Source: Candidatus Altiarchaeales archaeon WOR_SM1_SCG
Lineage (GTDB): Archaea; Altiarchaeota; Altiarchaeia; IMC4; WOR-SM1-SCG
Direction: 5' to 3'
DNA length: 62,700 nucleotides
NCBI GenBank assembly: GCA_001723845.1
Contig: MCBE01000110.1
Location: 1 to 62,700, forward strand
Position numbers and translations under genes: made by a program. The notes under the pieces are model-generated. The model was given only the letters and a program-made list of their open reading frames with translations. It was not told where the DNA came from and ran no database searches. Below are positions 28,544 through 38,717 of this stretch, in pieces; positions within the stretch are counted from its first letter, which is position 1; every line of letters begins with the position of its first letter.

Positions 28544-28712
28544 TTTTAATTTTTCGGATATTTACCTCTAAAGGAGACAGGGCTGCCATCAGGTGTCCCT
28601 GTAAACCGCCTCCCCAGCGGGCGGTTCTGCGTCATTGGGTTCTTTGCACATCCCTGCCCTTTTATTGAACAGGGTAGCACAGTGCCCCTCAAGCAGAATA
28701 TTTTAATTTTTA
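28544..28712 (-). promoter_or_regulatory. GC-rich structured 5' leader (copy 2)
   Basis: Homologous to 26700-26868, with differences mostly in loops and linkers. Confidence 0.6.
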
Positions 28713-28786
28713 TTTTATTGTTGATTGGTAAATTTTAATAAATCATCAATTTTTGATAAGATTATTAAAATTTTGTGACCCGTATA

Positions 28787-28816
28787 TTATATATTAGGTT
28801 GAAACTCTTTATAAAT
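28787..28816. promoter_or_regulatory. Promoter-like block with TTTATAAA (copy 2) in a divergent intergenic region
   Basis: TTATATATTAGGTTGAAACTCTTTATAAAT between divergently oriented genes. Confidence 0.5.
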
Positions 28817-28937
28817 GACTGGATTTTCCTGCTTTATAAAAGCGGAACACCGGACATTGTTTTGTACTTTAATGCCTTAAAGGACATTTTTTTGTCCATT
28901 ATTTTAATTTTGTTTCATATTTTATAATACAGGTAAA

Positions 28938-29597
28938 ATGGAAACAAAAAACAGAAGGTGTATGATTACATTTCCTGCGGAAGGATACAAAAAACCCCTG
29001 GTTATGTATGCGGTTAAATTGGGAGCGGATAAAGTAATCCTGTTAAACCCTGAGAAATCCTGTATGAGTTTATTAAGCAGTTTCGGGATAAATGTTGAAG
29101 TTAAAGCAATTCCGAAAAATAAAGTAAGCGAAGTTATAATTTCAACTCTGAAAATAATCTCCGGGGCAAAAAAAGATTATGATGAGGTGCGCATGCTTTT
29201 ATTACCTTCAAACCCGGAGGTTGTAATAGGCATGTATGTCGCCTGCTGCATTGAAAAAGTTAAAGCGGACACAATATCCGATACTGAAAATGAATATTTC
29301 AATCTTCCCTTTTTCCCTTTTGCGGAAATTAATGAAGGTGAAAAATTTATATTAACAAAAATAATAGAAACAGGTAAAATCAGTAAAAGAAATTTGCTGG
29401 AAAAGATAAAAAAAGAAGGCAGTTATGATTTACTGTATTCAAGAAAATCAAATGCAATATTCGGTGAAGAACCCGTGCTGAAACAGCTGCAGAGAATGCT
29501 TGAAAGATTGGAAAAATTGGAACTTGTGAGCAGGGAAAGAGAGGGAAGGCGTTTTGTCTGGAAACCGACAAGTTTAAGTAAATTTATGTTTGATTGA
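28938..29597 (+). CDS. Csa3/DUF6293-like CARF-fold + winged-HTH transcriptional regulator
   Basis: N-terminal Rossmann-like part (GADKVILL...MYVACC), linker NLPFFP..INEGEKFIL, wHTH LQRMLERLEKLELVSREREGRRFVWKPT. Confidence 0.6.
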   Translation: METKNRRCMITFPAEGYKKPLVMYAVKLGADKVILLNPEKSCMSLLSSFGINVEVKAIPKNKVSEVIISTLKIISGAKKDYDEVRMLLLPSNPEVVIGMYVACCIEKVKADTISDTENEYFNLPFFPFAEINEGEKFILTKIIETGKISKRNLLEKIKKEGSYDLLYSRKSNAIFGEEPVLKQLQRMLERLEKLELVSREREGRRFVWKPTSLSKFMFD

Positions 29598-29601
29598 AAT
29601 T

Positions 29602-30093
29602 TTATGAAAATTTTTTATTGATATAAAAACTTATGATAATGCCGATCAGTATGATAACTGCTGCGGCAATTAACGGCATCGTTTCTTCACTGAAATAATC
29701 TTTAAACAAATTGCCGCTGTCGTTTGTGTTGTTTGCATCGTTGTTACCTGTGGAATTGTCGTCATTGAATGCGCATTTATGGGTAATGCACTTCAAACCC
29801 TGCCCGCATCCGGAATCATTGGCACAGTATCCTTTAGCAGGTAAACATTCATGCGTCTCGTTTGTGCATTCCTCCCACGAATTCTTGCATAAAAGGTCGT
29901 ACCCGCAGTATCCTTCTCTTGTCCTGCATAAATGGTCCCATAAATCGCAGTACTGCCAATTCGGGCATTCCGCATCGTCAACGCAGCTCCAGCCGTGTAC
30001 AACGGATGCGGATGGGCAGGCAGACACTTCGGCGTTTCCGTTAATTAAAATTAAAATTAAAAAAATTGAAATTTTTATTTTGTGCGGCAGCAT
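29602..30093 (-). CDS. Cys-rich secreted protein with a C-terminal membrane anchor
   Basis: Signal peptide, three C..D..C....C.....C modules, C-terminal TM helix plus KK. Confidence 0.75.
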   Translation of the reverse strand: MLPHKIKISIFLILILINGNAEVSACPSASVVHGWSCVDDAECPNWQYCDLWDHLCRTREGYCGYDLLCKNSWEECTNETHECLPAKGYCANDSGCGQGLKCITHKCAFNDDNSTGNNDANNTNDSGNLFKDYFSEETMPLIAAAVIILIGIIISFYINKKFS

Positions 30094-30215
30094 GATTCTT
30101 CAAATAATATTTTAGTTAATTTTTGTATATATTTTGTACCTGTAATTTGTACCTGTAATTTATTATATATAATCCGTATTTAATCGGTTTTAATTGGTTT
30201 ATGCTTTTTGCAGGT

Positions 30216-31421
30216 TTACTTCTTTAAAAGGAAAAATAAAAGAAAAGCACTTATAAAAGCAATCACCGCACCGAACAAAAAAGTAGCAGTCCCGGGATCG
30301 CCAACAGTCCATAAATAACCGGCAATCACATTTGCAGGAAATGCGAGAACGCCTGCAACCGAATGAAAGACGCCAAGAGCAGTTCCCCGCTTTTCCCCGC
30401 CGACAAGGTCAACCGTGAATGCTCTTTGCATCGCGTGTGTTGTCGCCCAGAAAATACCGTACAGCGCGAAAAGCAGCATGAAACCGATAAGGGAGGAAAC
30501 AAAGATGAATCCGATGCATATAACTCCGAATAACGCGTAGCCGGAACTTATAATTAGCCGCCTTGAGACCTTATCGGACAACGCACCGATTGGTGTTGCG
30601 AAAATTGCAAAAATAACAGGGAACATTAAATATGCAAGAGCAAGTTCAGGGGATCCGAATATGTTTGAGGACATGGTTAACGCATCCGCGGTTTTCATTA
30701 TCATGAACCACACGGCAAAATTTCCAAGTGAGAATATGCCTGCAATTATAACAAATAATTTAAATTCCCGGTTGATGAAGTCAAATTTTATTTTCCTGGC
30801 AACTTTGAGGGGCTTTTCTTTCTCATCAAGAAAAATATAAAGAATTATTACGCCTGTTGCTACAAGCACCGATGAAATAATAAATATTAAATTATAAGTG
30901 TCCTGTGTTATATCAGCCGGTGATGGTATCCCGAAAAGAAAATAAATTGCAATCAATGTCCCGATTATTGCACCGATTGTATGAAGCGTCCTGTGGATTC
31001 CATACGCTTTTCCCCGCACTTTCTTGCTGACAGATGTTGTGAGAATAACATCACGGGGCGAGTCCTTCATCCCTTCGCCTATGTCATTTACAACCCTCAG
31101 GACTAAAACCACGGGCCAGGTTCCTGCGAAAAGCAAAAGAAGCCGTGAAATTGGAAGGAGTGCGTAACCGAATGTAGTATAAAATTTTGTCTTTTTTGTT
31201 TTATCCGAAAGATACCCTGTTACCGCGTTAGCAACACTTCCAACACTTGCGGAAAGCCCGACAATAATACCTATTATTATTTCCCCCGCCCCGATAACAA
31301 AGGCAAGATAAAGAGGGAGTATCAGGGTCAGAAGAGTTTTGCTTGCGTCATTCAACAAACTGGTGAAACCCAGCACCCAGACATTTTTAGTGATTTTGTT
31401 TTCGTCTTTATTGTTGTTCAT
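30216..31421 (-). CDS. MFS transporter
   Basis: About 12 hydrophobic segments; GYLSDK and GALSDKVSRR motif-A-like loops; RGKAYGIHR. Confidence 0.9.
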   Translation of the reverse strand: MNNNKDENKITKNVWVLGFTSLLNDASKTLLTLILPLYLAFVIGAGEIIIGIIVGLSASVGSVANAVTGYLSDKTKKTKFYTTFGYALLPISRLLLLFAGTWPVVLVLRVVNDIGEGMKDSPRDVILTTSVSKKVRGKAYGIHRTLHTIGAIIGTLIAIYFLFGIPSPADITQDTYNLIFIISSVLVATGVIILYIFLDEKEKPLKVARKIKFDFINREFKLFVIIAGIFSLGNFAVWFMIMKTADALTMSSNIFGSPELALAYLMFPVIFAIFATPIGALSDKVSRRLIISSGYALFGVICIGFIFVSSLIGFMLLFALYGIFWATTHAMQRAFTVDLVGGEKRGTALGVFHSVAGVLAFPANVIAGYLWTVGDPGTATFLFGAVIAFISAFLLFFLLKK

Positions 31422-31423
31422 TT

Positions 31424-31587
31424 TTATAATCCGTGTCTTTTAGCAACCCGTTCTTTAAGTTCACTGCCCCATTCCAATGTCATTTCATCGGTTATTTTAC
31501 TGTTCCTTAATAATTGATTGATTATTCCCGGATGTTTAAATCCTATTGAAAGTTCATCAGGAACATCAAACATGCGATTTCAGCCAT
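31424..31587 (-). pseudogene. Small antitoxin-like ORF/remnant
   Basis: MFDVPDEL...NQLLRNSKITDEMTLEWGSELKERVAKRHGL from 31573, with an out-of-frame MAEI start just upstream. Resembles small archaeal antitoxin-type proteins, by eye only. Confidence 0.3.
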
Positions 31588-31606
31588 TTTTTTAATTTTT
31601 TATTAA

Positions 31607-31890
31607 TTAGATTTCTAATGTTTTAAAATCCTCAAGATAAGTCCTCTTCGGATGCGCACCAAACCCCCTGCTTTTGGGCCGACAGCGAGAGTTAATTTGC
31701 ACTTTTTACCGCGCGAATGATAGAGGGAATTAATATTGAATTTATTGCCTCCCGGCTCATAAATATCTTCCATGAAACATTAACGCCCCGCATTTTCCGG
31801 ATTACCGCTATATCTTTAAGTTCCTTTGAAAAAACAGGCAGGAACCGGATTGCAAGCGTCACTGCGAAAACATACCTGTACGAAATTTTT
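31607..31890 (-). pseudogene. Frameshifted C-terminal fragment of an ECF transporter T component (EcfT/CbiQ family)
   Basis: ISYRYVFAVTLAIRFLPVFSKELKDIAVIRKMRG ... IPSIIRAVKSAN*LSLSA ... GFGAHPKRTYL, spread over different frames. Confidence 0.6.
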
Positions 31891-31997
31891 TATTCGAATC
31901 ATTATATTTTTAAAATTTTAGAATAATTATAATATTTTGTTAAATCAAATTAAAACTAAAACCAAACAATTTACTAAGCAATTTACTAAGCAATTTA

Positions 31998-32414
31998 CTA
32001 AGCAATTTCCTCCGGGATATCCTTTGATTCCGTCCTTTTTCTTCTAAGTATATATGTGCAGGCAAGACCCAGTACGAAGGCAAATATGGTGCCTAAAATG
32101 TACCCGTTTGTGATGTCGCCTGTAACATACCCGATAAGACACCCCGTAGCATAGCCAAGTACGGCACCAAATATTGTACCCCACACAATAACACCGAGAA
32201 CTCTAACTACAACATAACCAAGGACGGTTCCGATGATGCCCCCGATGATGCCCCCGATGATGCCTCCAATAAAAAAACCGATTACATAACTCGCGAATGA
32301 GGGACCGGCACTGGAACCAATGGTAGCGCCCATGGCAAACCCGATAATAGCCGCGGTTCCGATAAAAGCCTCCCCGATAATAGTTTCATAATTTTTTTTC
32401 ATCTGTGAAAACAC
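31998..32414 (-). CDS. Glycine-zipper membrane protein
   Basis: GGIIGGIIGGIIG repeats; hydrophobic throughout. Confidence 0.7.
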   Translation of the reverse strand: MFSQMKKNYETIIGEAFIGTAAIIGFAMGATIGSSAGPSFASYVIGFFIGGIIGGIIGGIIGTVLGYVVVRVLGVIVWGTIFGAVLGYATGCLIGYVTGDITNGYILGTIFAFVLGLACTYILRRKRTESKDIPEEIA

Positions 32415-32449
32415 CTCCGTTTTGAATTATAATTAAATTTATTTTCATT

Positions 32450-34243
32450 TCAGGTTATTAAACCGGTGCATCTCCAGTTTATTTCAGCGGTTTTCGTTTC
32501 AATATCAACAACGCAAGCCGGACTGCATCCCTCTTTTTCTGTGAACGGCTCAATGTCAATCCACCATGTTCCCGTATTGTTGTTGCATTGATAGTTTGCG
32601 GTAATAATTGCTTCTTTTGCACACTCGCCCGCATCCGCTATCGCAAGCGCCTCTGATAAATTCATGGTTTTTCCTGAAGGTGTTGTGCAAATTTCTTCTT
32701 TAATTTCGTTTTCAGGTGGAATTCCTGTGCATCTCCAGTTTATTTCAGCAAGTTTAGTATCCTCGCTTACAACGCACGCCGGATTGCAGTAATCTTTTTT
32801 GAATTCTTCTTTCATGTTAAGGTCAATCCACCATGTTTTTGTATCTGCGTTATAGAAACTGTTGTTTGTTAATTCTCCTTTCTCTGCGCATTCACTGCTG
32901 CCATTGTTTGCTATCTCTATAGCGTCTTCAAGAGACATTCTTTCCGCACATTCACCCGTTATCCAGTAGTCCGCCTTATCAGCACACGCTCCGCAAGCAT
33001 TCCCGTAGGTTTTTGAAGTCCCGTCCGGCTTAAAGCCGCAGACAGGAGCATATTCCATTGTGCAGATTTCAGCCTGTTTTTCTTCTTCTGTGCAGGTATG
33101 TTTTGTTGCATTCTCCTGCTCAGCAGGTTCTATCGGCTCTTTTAATTCTTCAGTAAAAGTTTTTCCAACCGAAGTTTTGCACTGCCGGGGGTAACTTTCC
33201 ATAACAGGATTCCCTGCATTCACGCAAGCATCAAAACTGTCAACTACAAGACAGCATATATTCGGGGATATGAATCCTCCAACCGCGCCGATGTTTGTCT
33301 CGTTTTCACTGCATGTTTCCCCATCCACCGTGTTTACGGTTCTCCCGCCTTTAGAAAGGCACTCTGCTGGTGTGAGATTGTCCCCTTCCATGCTTGTTCT
33401 CCCAATGTTTTTATTCATACATTTTCCTTTCACGCACAAACAGTCCTCCGGGTTGTATGCTGCTTCCAGCATGAAAATTTCAGTGCATACCGCAGGTTTT
33501 GTGTATTCTCCTTCATATTTTTTGTTTATGCACTCTGTCGGATGGCAATCGGAAGGCAGGGGAATACAATCCGAATCCGATGTGCATTCATTTTTGCTGT
33601 CATCTGCTGAAGGGGTTTCTTTTTCATCAGGTATGCAGTAGCCCAGGGCATCTGCAATTCCCTCAGGCATCTTACAGACATAACCTTCAGGACATCCGAA
33701 ACCGGCGATTCCTGCGCACTCGCAAAGGGCTTCACACTGCATTGTGCATGCAACACCATCTCTCCCCTGATTGTCAAGCTGGCATTTATTTGAGCAGTTA
33801 TTCCAGTTGCCGCCTGCATTACTGCAAACTTCCCCTGTCAACTCCTCGCTTTTCACATTCCAGTTATCAAGGGTGACTGTTAACTGTTCCCGGTTATCGT
33901 TTCTCTGCAAATGAACAACAAAACACCCCGGGCATCTTGCGACATCAACACTTATTACAGTCACATAGAAACTCAGCGGCTCAACGACGATTTTCGCTGC
34001 TTTTTTCTGGTTTTCGTCAAGTTCCCATTCACGGATACAAGCCCCGACATCATCGCTCCAGATGTAGCCGGCAGAGCCGATGCACCCGTGTTCATCCTTA
34101 TCCCCACCCACTATATCTCCTCCATCAGGTTCTTCCTTATCGCCGCCGATGCACCCGCCGAGCATTATTAAAATTACAATTACCCCAAGAACGCATAATT
34201 TAATTAAAATTCCTATTTTTTTGTTTTTTGTTTCGTTTTCCAT
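32450..34243 (-). CDS. Cys-rich multidomain lipoprotein including a Kazal-type module
   Basis: Lipobox-like MLGGC; CTMEYAPVCG...TYGNACGAC (Kazal-like); GNPVMESYPRQC; two WWID...C.PACVV...AEINWRCTG repeats. Confidence 0.8.
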   Translation of the reverse strand: MENETKNKKIGILIKLCVLGVIVILIMLGGCIGGDKEEPDGGDIVGGDKDEHGCIGSAGYIWSDDVGACIREWELDENQKKAAKIVVEPLSFYVTVISVDVARCPGCFVVHLQRNDNREQLTVTLDNWNVKSEELTGEVCSNAGGNWNNCSNKCQLDNQGRDGVACTMQCEALCECAGIAGFGCPEGYVCKMPEGIADALGYCIPDEKETPSADDSKNECTSDSDCIPLPSDCHPTECINKKYEGEYTKPAVCTEIFMLEAAYNPEDCLCVKGKCMNKNIGRTSMEGDNLTPAECLSKGGRTVNTVDGETCSENETNIGAVGGFISPNICCLVVDSFDACVNAGNPVMESYPRQCKTSVGKTFTEELKEPIEPAEQENATKHTCTEEEKQAEICTMEYAPVCGFKPDGTSKTYGNACGACADKADYWITGECAERMSLEDAIEIANNGSSECAEKGELTNNSFYNADTKTWWIDLNMKEEFKKDYCNPACVVSEDTKLAEINWRCTGIPPENEIKEEICTTPSGKTMNLSEALAIADAGECAKEAIITANYQCNNNTGTWWIDIEPFTEKEGCSPACVVDIETKTAEINWRCTGLIT

Positions 34244-34323
34244 TTTATTGCTATTTATATATTGTATTTTATAGAATATATAATTTTTTATTTTATTTTA
34301 TTTTTTATTTATAATTTTGATTT

Positions 34324-37300
34324 CTATTTAACTTCAATTTCTGCACCCTTGACTTCGCCCTTAACCTCCGGTTTGTAGTACGAGTATGCCTTGCTGTCAG
34401 GAATCTGCGCTTTCACCGGGAATTTTGCAATCATCTTGAATTCAAACGAAAGTTCCTCGCCTCTCTGAAGGTCGTTTACATAGATTATCACTTTTCTTCC
34501 TGCAATCTCGTATCTTGTTATTCTTTTATCATCAAGAAGGTCGTCAAGTGTTCCCGTAACAGGGGCAAAGCCCGTTGGAACACCGACGTCAATAAGCATC
34601 ATTCCCGTTGAATCTGAAAGCCCGGTGTATTCTGTTCTGACTTTAACTGAAATCATGTCATTAACTTCAATACCTTCTGTTTCATATTCAACTTGAAGTT
34701 CAAGGTCTGTTTTCAAAGGCATATCGGGAAGCACGACATTGAATTTTTTAACGACCTGGTAATTTATGTCGCCTTCTCCTTCAAATTTTAATTCAATTTT
34801 TTCAACTCCAATGGGTGCTTCAATTACCTGGAAGACATCAAAGTTTCCTGAATTAATAATAAATTTCTTAATTTCCTTACCATCAGCAAGCACGGAAATT
34901 TCAGCATCAACTTCCCTCCCCTGCATAACAGCAGCAGTAATAAGCGCCCTAAAAGCCATAACAGTATCCTGCGTACTTGAAAACCCGCCCTGCGAGTTTC
35001 TCTGCGCTGAAATCCATTTTACGGCATCGCTTGCACGAGCATCCTTTACCTCCATTAATGCAAGAGAGGCATAAGCTGTTATTTCAACATTCTGGCTGCT
35101 TACAGGAACAGGCATGTACTTGTACCTTGGTGCCGGGGGCTTTACGGTGCTTTCCCAGTAAATCCCGTTTTCATCCTCTTTTGCAAGATTCATAAGCATT
35201 TTGAGTGCATCATCTGCTTTATCGCTTTTCAGCTTATAGAGCGCGAGAGTTGAGATTGCAAGAGCATAAGAGTCATCCTTGTTTTCATCGAGGTTATCTT
35301 CAAGGTATTCTCCTGCCGCATTTAAGACACCAGTATCTGTGTTCCCGTATTCCGCAAGCGCAAGAACAGTAAATGCAGTTAATGTGTATTTTCCTGAAAC
35401 GCCGCCCATCATGTCGGTATGGCAGACAAAGCCGATTGTGTCCCATGAGCCGTCATCGTTCTGGTGATCAGATATCCACTGCGCTGCCTCATCAAGGACA
35501 TTCTCGTCAATTTCTTTAACTTCACGGGCTTCGCTAAAAGACATAAGGACGTAGTCCGTAAGCCATAAGCTTCCCGATTCATCTCTCTCTCCGAATGCAG
35601 AGAAACTCCCGTCTTTGTGCTGGAATGTAAGTTCACGCTGGTAGCCTGTGTTTATGAAAATTTCCGTCTTTGCCTGTATTTCCGGGTTTATCTGCTCGGT
35701 TGCCTTTAGATATTTTAAGATTAAGACATCGGGTACGAACATCATCATGTTCTGCTCCCCACATCCGTAAGGCATACCAAGAAGGTTTTCGACGCCGTTC
35801 ATCTGCTGACCAACGATGCTCGGCGCAATGCTTACAAGCACCTTGTCTGAATCGGGAACTATAAAATCAGGCATTTTAACATCAACCGACACATCGCTGT
35901 TGTCTTTACTGAGTATCCCGTTTTCAACAATCTCCCTTTGTGTCCCTTCCGGCTCCACGATAATTGTTTTTTTAATTGCATCAGCCCTTTGTGTTGTTCT
36001 TGCGATTATATCAAATTCCTTGGTCCCGACTTTCTCAGGCGCCACTTTAAATTCCACCGAACTCACGCCGTTTCCTGCAACTGTAATTTCCTTGTTTGCA
36101 TCATCCAGCAACTTGAACCAGTCACCTTTTTTCAAATCAATGAAGACTTTTTGTGAATCATTTAAATAATTATAAATTATTATTTTTATTGGAAATTCTT
36201 CCCCACGAGTTACGGAATAAGGAATGTCCGAGTCAACAAAGAAATCCTGGAATACGACAAGCTCTGCATCGCTCATTCCGATACCTTCCTCTGATGAGGA
36301 AACTGCGTGCATTTTCCATGTCGTGATGCTGTCAGGAACGTTTAGCTTGACTTCTGCAACTCCTTTTGAGTTTGTGACAAGCATCGGGTCCCAGTACCAT
36401 GTTTCGGGGAAAAACTGGCGGACCCTGGAAGGTTCCTGCAATTCTTCGCCGCCATCGTCACCTGTCAAATCCGATTTCATTGCAGCCTGTGGAGCGGGTG
36501 GCATTGCATTATCTTCAAGAGCCATTTCCATTACTTCACCTCTAGGGAATCCACCTCCGCCGCCTTTACCCCACATATCCTCCTGCTTCTGCCCTTCGGG
36601 AACAGTTAAATTCTTTGAACTGATTACCTGTATGTTGCTTTCATCAAGAATATCCTTTGAACCCTTGGTTTCATAAGGCATGCCTCTCCAGTCAACAGCC
36701 GGCGGATGTATTTCAACCTGCGGATCCATGAATCTTTTCTCCAGTTCGTCAAAAACCTGGTGGAGATTCAAGCGTCCTTCAGCAAGTGCATAAACTGATT
36801 CGTCAACGATTCCAACACCAATCATTGAAACCGTCTCTGAATTAACATTAAATTTTATTTCAATTTCCTCGCCCGGCTCTGCCTGCTCTTTACTGAATTT
36901 TGCTTCAAGATTCACGGGAAATTCCGCTTTTGTCTTGAACGGGAGCGTGTCTGCTGAAACCTCGTTGTTCGGGTTTACCTGGTATGCGACAATTTTTGCC
37001 TGGTTGTTTTTCGCAATAAGCGGGGTAATTTTAAATTTAATTGTTTTTGTATTCTCCTCGTTCTCGGCGGTTCCTGAAAAAACAGTTCTCCCGCTTCCGA
37101 CAATGTCATAGTAAACCGTTGACTTGCCTGTGCTGTAAACATTAAAGCTGACCTCATCGCCGACATTCGGAACGCCGGTACTGGTCTGGATAATGTGAAT
37201 AAAATTTGATCCGGGGGAGTATGCTGCAGAAAGCGGAAGTTCTATCTCGGTTTTCCCTGTTTTTGCGGTTATTGAAACGCCGGATATATCTTCCGGTGCT

Positions 37301-38646
37301 TCAAGCGTTATAATATTTATTCCGTTCTCTGTCTTTACTTCCCTGGTTTCCTTTTTCAGGTCTTTATCATCATAATAAAATTCATCCCCTGTTTTATAGG
37401 TTATTTCCAGTTCAACGTCCTTGTCCAGCGGATTCCCGTCAGGGTCTTTTGTGACGACAAGAAGCTGGAATAAAAGTCCCGGCTTAACCGCTCTTGAATC
37501 CGAAATTAATTGTAAAATTGTATCTGTTTCAGTGATCTTCAAAAGCTTTGTTGTTTTCTCCTCATGCCCTCCGGTGTCCGTTACAATAACGTTAAGAAGA
37601 AGGCTTCCCGCGCCGCCCGCGCCGAAAGTTCCCGACACGTACTCAACGGGCTTTAATGTGAACTCCTTTTTGCCCTCGTCATCTTTTGAAATGTCTGCTT
37701 CGAATGTTGTGTATTTGCTCCACTCGCCAACGTAACGGTAAGCATCAATGCTTAATTCTCCTTCAACAGGTTTCCCGAAAAAATACTGCGCATCAATTAC
37801 TCCTTTAATTTCCTCGTCAACCAAAAACCATTCCTTTGGCAGGTCTAAATTTATTTTAAATTTCGGAAGCACATACTTCTCAACCCTGACATCGAGAGTT
37901 TCCTTGCTCTGCGAGCCCTCAATATTTGCGTTAATTTTCCATGTCCCGAAGTTAAGCTCTGTTGCAAGAGGAAGGTCGAATGCCGTAACGCCTAAAATGT
38001 TTGTTTTTTCTGTTTTCTTGAAAATCTTAATTCCTTTCGCATCCTTGATTTCAATTACAACGTTTCTCTCAAGAGGATGCAAATTGTTGTTAACGACAAG
38101 AATTCTCCCCTGTATTGTCTGACCCGGCTTGTAGATGGGCTTGTCGGTTTCAATGAAGACTGCTGCATCTTCTCTTACTTTTACCTCTCCTTCCAGTGTT
38201 TTTGTGCCATCTTCAAATATGATCTCGTGATTACCCGGCTCAAGTTCCTCGGGAACGACAAATGAAACCACGATTTCTCCTTTTTCTGTTGTCTGGGTTT
38301 CAAACAACTTGGTTTTGTTCTCGGATGACATAAAAACCTTAACGCACTTGTTAACCGGCTTTCCTTCATCATCTTCCGTTCTTATCGTCACTGATGATTC
38401 ACTGCCCCGAAACATTAATTTGGGTGCGGTTATCGTGTATTCGGCGTCAATGGAACTTGTTTTATCACAGGGAACGGGTTCGTTCGTAGGAGAGTACTCC
38501 AATTCGGTTGGAAGCGGCTCCGGCTCTAACGGCGGCTTTTTTTGCTCTTCGATGCAGCCGCCTAAAAGTATAATTGAAATTGCAAATACTGTTAAAACAG
38601 TTAATAAATTCATTGTCCCTTTTAAATTTTTGTTTTTGGTTTTCAT
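34324..38646 (-). CDS. Alpha-2-macroglobulin / CD109-like thioester protein, lipoprotein
   Basis: LLGGC lipobox; FIETDKPIYKPGQ (MG2); EKYVLPKF; RQFFPETWYW; VPDSITTW; thioester MPYGCGEQNM; GGFSSTQDT; C-terminal receptor-binding-like domain ending YSYYKPE. Confidence 0.95.
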   Translation of the reverse strand: MKTKNKNLKGTMNLLTVLTVFAISIILLGGCIEEQKKPPLEPEPLPTELEYSPTNEPVPCDKTSSIDAEYTITAPKLMFRGSESSVTIRTEDDEGKPVNKCVKVFMSSENKTKLFETQTTEKGEIVVSFVVPEELEPGNHEIIFEDGTKTLEGEVKVREDAAVFIETDKPIYKPGQTIQGRILVVNNNLHPLERNVVIEIKDAKGIKIFKKTEKTNILGVTAFDLPLATELNFGTWKINANIEGSQSKETLDVRVEKYVLPKFKINLDLPKEWFLVDEEIKGVIDAQYFFGKPVEGELSIDAYRYVGEWSKYTTFEADISKDDEGKKEFTLKPVEYVSGTFGAGGAGSLLLNVIVTDTGGHEEKTTKLLKITETDTILQLISDSRAVKPGLLFQLLVVTKDPDGNPLDKDVELEITYKTGDEFYYDDKDLKKETREVKTENGINIITLEAPEDISGVSITAKTGKTEIELPLSAAYSPGSNFIHIIQTSTGVPNVGDEVSFNVYSTGKSTVYYDIVGSGRTVFSGTAENEENTKTIKFKITPLIAKNNQAKIVAYQVNPNNEVSADTLPFKTKAEFPVNLEAKFSKEQAEPGEEIEIKFNVNSETVSMIGVGIVDESVYALAEGRLNLHQVFDELEKRFMDPQVEIHPPAVDWRGMPYETKGSKDILDESNIQVISSKNLTVPEGQKQEDMWGKGGGGGFPRGEVMEMALEDNAMPPAPQAAMKSDLTGDDGGEELQEPSRVRQFFPETWYWDPMLVTNSKGVAEVKLNVPDSITTWKMHAVSSSEEGIGMSDAELVVFQDFFVDSDIPYSVTRGEEFPIKIIIYNYLNDSQKVFIDLKKGDWFKLLDDANKEITVAGNGVSSVEFKVAPEKVGTKEFDIIARTTQRADAIKKTIIVEPEGTQREIVENGILSKDNSDVSVDVKMPDFIVPDSDKVLVSIAPSIVGQQMNGVENLLGMPYGCGEQNMMMFVPDVLILKYLKATEQINPEIQAKTEIFINTGYQRELTFQHKDGSFSAFGERDESGSLWLTDYVLMSFSEAREVKEIDENVLDEAAQWISDHQNDDGSWDTIGFVCHTDMMGGVSGKYTLTAFTVLALAEYGNTDTGVLNAAGEYLEDNLDENKDDSYALAISTLALYKLKSDKADDALKMLMNLAKEDENGIYWESTVKPPAPRYKYMPVPVSSQNVEITAYASLALMEVKDARASDAVKWISAQRNSQGGFSSTQDTVMAFRALITAAVMQGREVDAEISVLADGKEIKKFIINSGNFDVFQVIEAPIGVEKIELKFEGEGDINYQVVKKFNVVLPDMPLKTDLELQVEYETEGIEVNDMISVKVRTEYTGLSDSTGMMLIDVGVPTGFAPVTGTLDDLLDDKRITRYEIAGRKVIIYVNDLQRGEELSFEFKMIAKFPVKAQIPDSKAYSYYKPEVKGEVKGAEIEVK

Positions 38647-38717
38647 TTTAATTCACCTCTCTTTATTTTATTGTTTTTTATATTTATAAGTTTTTAATTT
38701 TATTTGAATTTTATTTT

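Noticed and set aside
26700..28712. Leader as a c-di-GMP-I riboswitch
   Set aside because: The fragments GCA(A/G)A...GACGCA and ATGG(T/C)AGCC are reminiscent, but the GNRA loop/receptor and stem order do not fit. Left unclassified.
31968..32260. AATTTACTAAGC x3 and GATGATGCCCCC repeats as functional elements
   Set aside because: They are best explained as slippage at a stop codon and as coding for the GGII glycine zipper.
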